DNA of 64,000 nucleotides from NCBI GenBank assembly GCA_041481445.1, contig JBGPBV010000016.1:12432-76431 (forward strand), read 5' to 3'. Source of the DNA: Vicinamibacteria bacterium (GTDB lineage: Bacteria > Acidobacteriota > Vicinamibacteria > Fen-336). Position 1 is the first letter of the stretch. The number at the start of each line of letters is the position of its first letter. A program made the position numbers and the translations under genes. Positions 18,603-26,526 of the stretch are shown here, piece after piece. Below the pieces are notes generated by a model that saw only the letters and a program-made list of their open reading frames with translations, did no database searches and was not told the DNA's origin.

Positions 18603-19994
18603 ATGGCTATGAAGAGAATGGATCGCCGGCGGTTCCTGGCCACGGCGGGCCAGGGGGTGGTGGCCTCGTCCGTGGTCGCGGGCTTCCCCGCCATCGTGCC
18701 CGCCTCGGTGTTCGGCGCCACCTCTCCCAGCAACCGCATCAGCGTGGCGGCCATCGGCACCGGGCGCATCTCGCGCGGGCACGACCTGCCCGGCATCTGG
18801 CAGCACGACATCGCCACGATCATGGCGGTCTGCGATCTGGATAGCCGGAGGGTGGAGGACGCGAAGACCCTGGTCAACGGCTACTACGCCGGGAAGACGG
18901 GCAAGCCCTACGACGGGGTCAGGACGTACACGAACTACCACGACCTCCTCGCCAACAAGGACGTGGACGCCGTCGTCATCAGCACCCCCGACCACTGGCA
19001 CTGCATCATCGCCATCGACGCCGTGGAGGCGGGCAAGGACGTCTACCTCCAGAAGCCGGCCTCGCTGACCATCGCCGAGGGCCGGGCGCTGAGCAACGCC
19101 GTCCAGCGCACCGGCCGCATCTTCCAGATCGGGAGCCAGCAGCGCTCGACCGTGCAGTTCCGCTACGCCGCGGAGCTGGTCCGCAACGGCCGCATCGGCC
19201 AGTTGCAGACGGTCGAAATCGGCCTGCCCGGCGATCCCTCCGGCGACGACGAGCCGGAGATGCCGGTGCCCAAGAACCTCAACTACGAGATGTGGCTCGG
19301 CTCGACGCCCGTCGTGTACTACACCGAGAAGCGCGTCCATCCGCAGGAGGGCTACGACCGGCCGGGCTGGCTGCGCTGCGAGCAGTTCGGGGCGGGCATG
19401 ATCACGGGCTGGGGCGCGCATCACATCGACAGCGCGCACTGGGGCATGGACACCGAGCTCACGGGGCCGGTGGAGATCTGGGGCACGGCCGAGTTCCCGA
19501 AGAAGGGCCTCTGGGACGTCCACGGCCCCTTCAAGACGGAAGCGCTCTACGCCAATGGCGTGCACATGATCGTCAGCGGCGATTTCCCCAACGGCATCAA
19601 GTTCATCGGCACCAAGGGCTGGATCTTCGTCTCGCGGGGCAACGAGAAGGTCACCGCCAGCGATCCCGTGGCGAAGCTCAAGGACTCGACCGCGCTCGAC
19701 GCCAGTGACCCCCGGATCATCACGTCGGTCATCGGCCCGGGCGAGATCCACCTTCCCGAGAGCACCGAGCATCACCTCAACTGGCTCGAGTCCGTGAAGT
19801 CGCGCCGGCCGCCCATCGCCCCGGTCGAGGTCGCGCACCGGTCGTGCTCGGCCTGCCTGCTCCACCACGCGGCCATGAAGCTGAAGCGCAAGCTCTACTG
19901 GGATCCCGTCAAGGAGCGCTTCAAGGACGACGAGCAGGCCAACGCGATGCTGTCGCGCCCGCAGCGGGCGCCCTACACGATCGCCTACTCCTAG
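18603..19994 (+). CDS. Gfo/Idh/MocA-family oxidoreductase with Tat signal
   Basis: Twin-arginine motif RRRFLATAG. Rossmann motif AAIGTGRISRGH and family signature TPDHWH. Confidence 0.85.
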   Translation: MAMKRMDRRRFLATAGQGVVASSVVAGFPAIVPASVFGATSPSNRISVAAIGTGRISRGHDLPGIWQHDIATIMAVCDLDSRRVEDAKTLVNGYYAGKTGKPYDGVRTYTNYHDLLANKDVDAVVISTPDHWHCIIAIDAVEAGKDVYLQKPASLTIAEGRALSNAVQRTGRIFQIGSQQRSTVQFRYAAELVRNGRIGQLQTVEIGLPGDPSGDDEPEMPVPKNLNYEMWLGSTPVVYYTEKRVHPQEGYDRPGWLRCEQFGAGMITGWGAHHIDSAHWGMDTELTGPVEIWGTAEFPKKGLWDVHGPFKTEALYANGVHMIVSGDFPNGIKFIGTKGWIFVSRGNEKVTASDPVAKLKDSTALDASDPRIITSVIGPGEIHLPESTEHHLNWLESVKSRRPPIAPVEVAHRSCSACLLHHAAMKLKRKLYWDPVKERFKDDEQANAMLSRPQRAPYTIAYS

Positions 19995-20010
19995 CCGCTA
20001 CTCCTAGCCG

Positions 20011-20280
20011 CTACTGCTTCGGTCCCTCGAAGCGTTCGAAGAACTCGTGCAGGGCCTGCTGGCGGTATTCCTCCAGGTTCTGGGTGAACTCCTCCATCTT
20101 CTGCTGCGCCTGCGTCCCTTCCTCGGCGGCCAGCAGCTTCTCGAACTCCTCGGCCTTGATGACGCCGCCCTGCTGCAGCGTCGCGCGGAGGGTCTTCACC
20201 AGCGCCTCGTTCCGGTCCAACCGCTTCCAGAGGATGCCGAGGAGCATCTCCAGGGTCTCGATCTGCGTTTCGTGATCCAT
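20011..20280 (-). CDS. small helical hypothetical protein (89 aa)
   Basis: Coding-like composition (MDHETQIETLEMLLGILWKRLD...). No known family. Confidence 0.5.
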   Translation of the reverse strand: MDHETQIETLEMLLGILWKRLDRNEALVKTLRATLQQGGVIKAEEFEKLLAAEEGTQAQQKMEEFTQNLEEYRQQALHEFFERFEGPKQ

Positions 20281-20403
20281 GCGCTCTCACCCGAGCCCAC
20301 GGGCATCGTGGGCGAAATCCGCGGCCAGGTTGCTGCTGGTGCCGGGACTGGAACCAAAGACCCGCCGATTCTACGTTCTTTTGGAGGTGAGGCCGCGCCC
20401 GTA

Positions 20404-21459
20404 CTATCGTGCCGCCTGGAGCTCTCCTTCGAGCGCGCGCTTGACCACCCGCACCTGGGCGTCGAGCCGCCGCCGGACCAGGCGATTCAGGAGGAGCCGC
20501 TCGATCCAGGTGAAGCCGGTCGGACGGATGTCCGCTCGCGTGCGGTTGATGGTGACGAGATAGGAGCCTCTGGCCTCTTCCAGGAACATCGTGGTGGCCA
20601 GCGAGGCCTCGTAGTAGTGGGTGGCGTAGAGCTGCTTGGTGGTGGCGATGATGATCCTCTCCCCCGGGCTCTTGCGATCGACGATGGTGCAGTGGTTCAG
20701 GCTGAGAACGCCCGTCCGCCAGAACTTCTCCTTCATCCAGTAGATGAAGTCCTCGGCATCCGGCGGACGCCGGTTCGGGTAGGAAGCCAGGTACGCCGCC
20801 ACGTCGGGTGCGGTCGCTCCCAGAAGGGACGACCGGGAAAGGATGCGATTGAAGCCGGCGGCGATGTGGACGGGATCATCGTTGTTGATGTACTCGAACA
20901 GGGCGGCGTCCCCGGTGCTCGTGTATCCGGCGGCGTAGCTGGCGAGGATCTCGCGCGCGAGCCCGTTGGCCTCGGCGGCGGCCGCCGGCGACGACCAATG
21001 GATACGGGTCCGGAACTGCTCGATCGCTTCGCGCGAGAGCCGCACCTCGCAGTCGCCTACGCGGCAGCGAGCCAGGTCACGAATGTCGCCGGCGTCGAGG
21101 GTCAGCCCCTCGAGATCGCGCGGAGCCGGCGGGCGGCCGAGTCGTCCGGTCTGCACGACCCACGGCTGCCGGCGCCAGTCGTCGACGCCGCGCAGCCAGG
21201 CCAGCACGGCTTCTGGCGTCGCCCGTACGCGCAGGGCGGCCACGGACAGCACTTCGGAGCGGTCGTCGGTGTCGATCGTCTTCGCGACCACCTCACCCTT
21301 CTCGATGGCGGCGATCTCGGACGGGGTGAGGCTGGCCTCGCGGAAGGCGGCGAGGCGGACGGACAGGCTGCCCAGCGCCGCCTCCGGGACGAGAAGGAGG
21401 TAGACGATCACCGCGGCGCCGAGCCCGGCGGTCTTCCCGGCCGCCGGCACCCTCCGCAT
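20404..21459 (-). CDS. hypothetical exported/membrane-anchored protein
   Basis: Start MRRVPAAGKTAGLGAAVIVYLLLVP at 21459. Its ATG overlaps the TGA of the upstream GT4 gene (TGATG), indicating a coupled operon. Confidence 0.6.
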   Translation of the reverse strand: MRRVPAAGKTAGLGAAVIVYLLLVPEAALGSLSVRLAAFREASLTPSEIAAIEKGEVVAKTIDTDDRSEVLSVAALRVRATPEAVLAWLRGVDDWRRQPWVVQTGRLGRPPAPRDLEGLTLDAGDIRDLARCRVGDCEVRLSREAIEQFRTRIHWSSPAAAAEANGLAREILASYAAGYTSTGDAALFEYINNDDPVHIAAGFNRILSRSSLLGATAPDVAAYLASYPNRRPPDAEDFIYWMKEKFWRTGVLSLNHCTIVDRKSPGERIIIATTKQLYATHYYEASLATTMFLEEARGSYLVTINRTRADIRPTGFTWIERLLLNRLVRRRLDAQVRVVKRALEGELQAAR

Positions 21460-22592
21460 CAACGGCGGATGCGGAGCGCCGCTTCGTACTCGCCGCGGAC
21501 GCGGGTGGCGATGGAGTCCCAGTCGAAGGTCTCGGCCCGCTGCCGGTTCACCTCCCCCATGGCGTGGCGCCGATCGGGATCGCCTACGAGCGAGAGGATC
21601 GCCTCCTCCAGCGCCTCCACGTTCGAAGGAGGCACGAGGCGAGCCCCGCCGGGATCGACCACCTGGCGGTAGCCCGGGATGTCGGAGCACACCACCGCTT
21701 TCCCGCACGCCATCGCCTCGAGCAACACGATGCCGAAGGATTCCTGGCCGGTGGCCGGCGACACGAAGAGGTCGCAGCGCTGGTAGTGGCCGGCCAGCTC
21801 CGTCTCCGCGGCCACGCGCCCGTGGAAGGTGACCCCGGGAATGGACGGCGCCTCGGAGCCCCCCTCGCCGACGACGTCCAGCTCCAGCGCGAGCCCTCGA
21901 GCGCGGAGGCGCGCGAAGGCTCGCAGAAGGTACGAGAGACCCTTGCGGGCATCACGCCAGTTGCCGACGAACAGGAGCCGCAACGATAGCGGGCGCGGAC
22001 CCGCCCCGTTCGGGGCCGGGCGGAACGTCTTCGTCGGAACGCCGTTCGGAACCACGGACAGGGTCCGAGCCCAGGCCTCGGCGGCGAACGCGGCGGCCGG
22101 CCGCGACACGGCGATCGCGCGATCGAACCTCGGGAAGATGCGCCGCCCCAGCAGTCGCCGCGCCGCCCGCGAGAGGCCACTCTCGGCCTCCGCGTACATG
22201 TGGAAGGTGCAGACGTGGGCGGCCCGCGGCGAGAACCACAGCGCGTAGTACGGCAAGAGCGGGACGAGGGGCTCGTGCACGTGGACGACGTCGAAGTCGC
22301 CGTCGAGGAAGAACCGCCGCACCGACCAGGGTGGGGTGAGCAGGGCCATGGAGTTGGCGGCGCCGTTGGCGGGAACGTTGACGACGCCGCCGAATCCGCG
22401 CGTGTGGTCTCCGGCTCGTCCCCGGCTCAGCGGACCGACGACCGTCACCTGGTCCCCGCGGCGCCGCATCGATTCCGACAGGTGCTCCGCGTGCCGCTTC
22501 ACGCCCCCCTCGTCGGCCATGTCGTAGGGCACGACGAGACAGACGCGGAGCGGGCGAGCCCGGTCCACGACCGCGCACGGGCGGCTGGCCAC
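21459..22592 (-). CDS. glycosyltransferase family 4 (GT4, GT-B fold)
   Basis: N-terminal RVCLVVPYDMADEGGV. C-terminal E-x7-E motif region (FVSPATGQESFGIVLLEAMACGKAVV). Likely GTG start at 22592; the upstream ORF extension overlaps the preceding gene. Confidence 0.8.
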   Translation of the reverse strand: MASRPCAVVDRARPLRVCLVVPYDMADEGGVKRHAEHLSESMRRRGDQVTVVGPLSRGRAGDHTRGFGGVVNVPANGAANSMALLTPPWSVRRFFLDGDFDVVHVHEPLVPLLPYYALWFSPRAAHVCTFHMYAEAESGLSRAARRLLGRRIFPRFDRAIAVSRPAAAFAAEAWARTLSVVPNGVPTKTFRPAPNGAGPRPLSLRLLFVGNWRDARKGLSYLLRAFARLRARGLALELDVVGEGGSEAPSIPGVTFHGRVAAETELAGHYQRCDLFVSPATGQESFGIVLLEAMACGKAVVCSDIPGYRQVVDPGGARLVPPSNVEALEEAILSLVGDPDRRHAMGEVNRQRAETFDWDSIATRVRGEYEAALRIRR

Positions 22593-22606
22593 ACCTCGCC
22601 CCGGTG

Positions 22607-23216
22607 TCAGCGCCGTCCCTCGATCGCCGCCGCGAACCTTTCCGCGACCCAGACATTCCCCGCCTGCGTGAGGTGGATCCCGTCCACGAAGTGCTCCCGG
22701 GGAATCCCGGAAAGCTCCACCAGCGACAGGCCGCGCTCCGCGGCAATGCGCCGGTAGGCCTTGTTGAGCTGCTCGATCATGCCGTTCATGCTCCAGGGCT
22801 CCAAGGGAGCGCCGAAGCCGGTCTTGCCGGGGAGGGTGGCGAGGTAGACGAACCGGCCCGCGACGCGACATTGATCGAGTACGGCCTCGCAGGCGGCCAG
22901 GGCCTGCTCCAGCGAGCGGTCCTGCTTCGCGTCGTTGGTTCCACCCCAGAGGCAGACCTCCTTGGCCTCGGGGACGGAAAGAAGCTCGTGATAGTTGCGC
23001 CGCCAGATCTCGGCCCAGCCGTCCCGCGGCACCCCGAGGTTCACCGCCGCCCAGGTCTGGCCGTGCTTCTGGGAGAGCAGCCGCCCGAGGTACAGGGGAT
23101 AGCTCATGCCGTCCGGGTCGCGCGATCCGAACGTCAGGGAGTCGCCCTGACAGGCGAGGAGTCCGTAGACACTGGCGCGCCTTTTTTGCGTCTTCCCCGA
23201 GGCCGAGCCCTCCATC
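22607..23216 (-). CDS. SGNH/GDSL-family hydrolase
   Basis: SGNH block I (ACQGDSLT), block III (WGGTND) and block V (DGIHLT). ATG at 23216. Confidence 0.75.
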
Positions 23217-23747
23217 AGGCCGGTGTCACGGGACACTGAGCCGGATTCCTCCAGAGTCAATCTCCACCTCCGATCCTGATGCGACCAGTTGACCGCGATC
23301 CACGCGGCCACTGTGCAATCGCTGTACCCGCTCGCGATTCGGTCGGACCAGGAGGCCTCGCCGCATCCCCGCCGCGATCCTTCTCGCCGTGAAGCTGGTC
23401 GGGTGCGGCGAGCGACGTCATCGCGGGCCATGCGACCGGCTTCGTATGGCTGCGCACCCGTGGCCGCGGCCGACCGCCTGCGGCGCCGCCCGGGAGCGAT
23501 CGGCTGCCCAACCGCCGTATAGGAGCTCCCGAACAGATCCCGAACGGCGCCTATCTCCACACGATCATCGACGGGGCCCGCCGCCGAGTCCGCGGACCGG
23601 CCGTCAGCAAGTCCGCCACAGCGAGGCCATCGCGCCACAGCCGGGCCGGCTCGGTTGGCCGGTGGACGTCAGTGTCCCCCAAGCCTGGCGCGGTCGGTTT
23701 CGACGCCTTCCGCACGGAAGCGAACCACGGCGACGATGGCGAGGACG

Positions 23748-24017
23748 TCAGTACTCGGCAAACGCGTCGTCCGGGTAGCAGTAGAGCCACCGCTCTCCCG
23801 GCTCCGCGGAGGCGATCACCGGATGTCGGCTGGCCCCCGCGTGCTTGCTGGCGTGCCGGTTGGGCGAGTCGTCGCAGCATCGCGTGGTGCCGCATTCCTG
23901 GCAGGTCCGGAGGTGTACCCACTGCGCGCCCGTCTTCACGCACTCCTCGCACTCCCGGCGCTTCGCGTGCTTCACCGCCGTCACGGCTTGGATGTGATCA
24001 CAGGCTCCGTCCGGCAT
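23748..24017 (-). CDS. UBP-type zinc-finger domain protein
   Basis: 89 aa with C/H-rich zf-UBP pattern (CDHI...CEEC...HLRTCQECGTTRCC...H). Confidence 0.65.
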   Translation of the reverse strand: MPDGACDHIQAVTAVKHAKRRECEECVKTGAQWVHLRTCQECGTTRCCDDSPNRHASKHAGASRHPVIASAEPGERWLYCYPDDAFAEY

Positions 24018-24049
24018 GGCGCTTTCCTCACTCCTTCAGCCAGCCGTCC

Positions 24050-24841
24050 TTACTGCAAAGTCCGGACACCGGCGGCGGCGCTTTCGATCAGTGACGCGAC
24101 GGCCCGGGGCTGCGACACGAAGATGGCGTGGCTGCCCTTGACCTCGACGACCGTCGAACCCGCGCGCCGGGACATGGCGCGCTGCGCGTCGGGTGGGATC
24201 ATCTTGTCGTCGGTGGCGACCAGGTACCAGCTGGGCTTGGTCTTCCACGCCGGCTCGCTGATGCTGCCGCTCAGCGCGGCCACGCCCCACGGAACCTGGG
24301 AGTCGGCCATGAACGCCGCCCTTTCCACGGCCACGTCCGCCGCGAAGGAGGCGGGGAACTTCGCCTTGTCGAGGAATAGATAGCCGTCCTGCGGCGGCAG
24401 GATCGGCGGCACGGGGGCGCCCGGCACCGGGTCCTTGATGAGGGTGGACACCGACTCGCCCTTGTCGGGCGCGAAGGCAGCGATGTACACGAGCCCCGCA
24501 ATCTTTGGATCGTTCCCGGCTTCGGTAATCACCACTCCGCCGTACGAGTGGCCGACGAGAACCACGGGGCCGTTCTGCGCGGCAACAATGCGCCTGGTTG
24601 CGGCGACATCGTCGGCGAGCGATGTCGTCGGATTCTGAACGATGGCGACGGTGTAGCCGTCCTTCTTCAGGGCGTTGTAGACGGCCTCCCAACCGGAGCC
24701 GTCTACGAAGCCCCCGTGCACGAGAACGACGGTCCTCACGCTCGTCGGATGGCTCGTCTGTGCCATCAGAACCTCGGCCGAACCCAACAGCAACGCAACG
24801 CCGAACACAGCTGCCGCAAACGTTCCTTGCCTCATGACCAA
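24050..24841 (-). CDS. secreted alpha/beta hydrolase
   Basis: Signal peptide. HGG oxyanion motif (VVLVHGGF) and nucleophile elbow GHSYGG. Confidence 0.8.
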   Translation of the reverse strand: MVMRQGTFAAAVFGVALLLGSAEVLMAQTSHPTSVRTVVLVHGGFVDGSGWEAVYNALKKDGYTVAIVQNPTTSLADDVAATRRIVAAQNGPVVLVGHSYGGVVITEAGNDPKIAGLVYIAAFAPDKGESVSTLIKDPVPGAPVPPILPPQDGYLFLDKAKFPASFAADVAVERAAFMADSQVPWGVAALSGSISEPAWKTKPSWYLVATDDKMIPPDAQRAMSRRAGSTVVEVKGSHAIFVSQPRAVASLIESAAAGVRTLQ

Positions 24842-24889
24842 GTCTCCTTTTCAATTCCTCGCGGCCGCGAACGTCGGCGACCAACGGCA

Positions 24890-24995
24890 AAGTACGCTTC
24901 GGCGCGCCCTCGCACATCACGACATCGAAGGCTTTTGCGCTACCCCGCGAGCGGAGTCTCGCGATACCCAATTCGAGGGAGTCAGGAGACTCGTC
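24890..24995. repeat. intergenic cassette F (shares the 30-mer CATCACGRCATCGARGGCTTTTGCSCTA with G, plus GCGATACCCAAT)
   Basis: Compared with 30335..30430. Lies upstream of alpha/beta hydrolase 24050..24841. Confidence 0.5.
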
Positions 24996-25060
24996 AAGGC
25001 TCTCACCGCGAAGGCACGTGTCCTCGCCACGTTCTCGTGCGCGGAGGCGAGGGAAGCCGG

Positions 25061-25690
25061 CTAGAGCTGGATGATTCCCCGCCGTATCGCGATCGCGACC
25101 GCTTCCGTCCGGTCGCTGGCCCCGAGCTTTTCCATGACGTGCTTGACGTGAACCTTGACCGTCTCTTCGGAGATGAACAGGTGCTCCGCGATATCACGGT
25201 TCCGGTTCCCTCCCGCCACCTGGCGCAGCACCTCCACTTCACGCGCAGTGAGGGTCTCGTCGCTGAGATGCTCGGCCAGGTGAGCCACGATCTCGGGAGG
25301 GATCCGCTTCTTTCCCGCGTGGACCTGGCGGATCCCGTCGAGCAGCTCCTTGGGGGGCATGCTCTTCAGGAGGTACCCGCGCGCTCCCGCCTCCAGGGCG
25401 CGCTGGATCTCGACGTCGCCCTCGAAGGTGGTGAGGATGACGATGCGGGCGTCCGGGAACTCCGAGCGGATCGCCGCCATGGCGTCGATCCCGTTCATGT
25501 CCGGGAGGCGAAGGTCCATCAGCGTGATGTCTGGCCGGTGCTGGCGGAACCGCTCGAGGCCGTCCCGGCCGTTGCTGGCCTCCGCAACCAGCTCCATGTC
25601 GAGCTGGCTCCTGATCATCGCGGAGATCCCCTCGCGCAGGAGCGGATGGTCGTCGACACTGAGGACGCGGATGGGGGCAGTTGCGCTCAT
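25061..25690 (-). CDS. NarL/LuxR-family two-component response regulator
   Basis: ATG at 25690. REC domain (VLSVDDHPLLREG...DITLMDLRLPDM). LuxR HTH (LTAREVEVLRQVAGG.NRDIAEHLFISEETVKVHV). Confidence 0.85.
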   Translation of the reverse strand: MSATAPIRVLSVDDHPLLREGISAMIRSQLDMELVAEASNGRDGLERFRQHRPDITLMDLRLPDMNGIDAMAAIRSEFPDARIVILTTFEGDVEIQRALEAGARGYLLKSMPPKELLDGIRQVHAGKKRIPPEIVAHLAEHLSDETLTAREVEVLRQVAGGNRNRDIAEHLFISEETVKVHVKHVMEKLGASDRTEAVAIAIRRGIIQL

Positions 25691-26526
25691 GGACCTGTCT
25701 CCCGTCGGCTCGATGTGCTGGATTGCTCGTGGAAGGCCGCTGCTTCCGGAACGGAGAGCTCGACCTCCCTGCGGAGGCGCTCGTCGTCCCCGCATCGGAG
25801 ACCGTGGAGCACGCGACGGGCTTCATCGGTCGCGCGTCCCATGACGGCGAGGACCTGTTCGAGACGCGTGCGGTCCGGCGAGCCCTCGGGCAGGTGATTC
25901 ACGGCCAGATGGAGCTGCATCGACACGCTCAGGAATCCCTGGAGGAGCGTATCGTACAGCTCCTGCGCGATTCTCGCGCGCTCCGCCAGCCGTTCGTCCG
26001 AGCGCGCGTCGAGCTCCCGCGCGAGCTGCCGCAAGCGATAGCGGTGGAGACCGACCGCTCCCAGCACCGCCACCGCGAGGCAAGCGACCCAGAACCACGG
26101 GGCCTTCCACCAAGGCGGCGCGCCGTCCCTGACGGTGAGAGCGGCCACCCCGCCTCCGATCCCGGGGAGGGACGGCGTTCGCGCGAGGGGACGGTACTCC
26201 GCATCGACGAGGAGGGCAGCATACTCCGTTCCGAGGTGCGTCGAGCTCCTCCAGGTGGAGTCGGCCTGGATGGCCGTGAAGGGCTGGTCCGCGAACGGCT
26301 GCACGTACCAGTCTCCGCTCCGGGCATAGAGGACGATCCGTTGCCCGCTGCGCGCGCCCGACACCCGGCCCGCGATGGCTCCGAGGCGGACGGTGCCGCC
26401 CTCGTCCGCCGGGGGCACCTGGCTCAACTTGACGACGGGTCCGGCGGCCATCGCCGGCGGACGCGTCCTCGCAAGGAGGATGACGGCGCAGAGGAGGGCG
26501 ATTGTGCTCGCCCTCGGCCACGTCAT
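25687..26526 (-). CDS. membrane pseudo-sensor: periplasmic domain plus TM plus HisKA_3-like dimerisation domain with His->Tyr, and no ATPase domain
   Basis: ATG at 26526 overlaps the upstream TGA (ATGA). The signal/TM, periplasmic domain and second TM are followed by ERLAERARIAQELYD, where the codon is TAC (Y) at the conserved His. The ORF then ends 50 aa later without a HATPase_c domain. Its stop overlaps the response-regulator ATG. Confidence 0.65.
   Translation of the reverse strand: MTWPRASTIALLCAVILLARTRPPAMAAGPVVKLSQVPPADEGGTVRLGAIAGRVSGARSGQRIVLYARSGDWYVQPFADQPFTAIQADSTWRSSTHLGTEYAALLVDAEYRPLARTPSLPGIGGGVAALTVRDGAPPWWKAPWFWVACLAVAVLGAVGLHRYRLRQLARELDARSDERLAERARIAQELYDTLLQGFLSVSMQLHLAVNHLPEGSPDRTRLEQVLAVMGRATDEARRVLHGLRCGDDERLRREVELSVPEAAAFHEQSSTSSRRETGP

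Noticed and set aside
23217-23747. 530-nt non-coding gap upstream of the SGNH operon considered as a ncRNA or riboswitch locus
   Set aside because: No recognisable riboswitch consensus or strong hairpin terminator. It contains only the small duplicated gene-tail fragment. Left as a promoter/UTR region.
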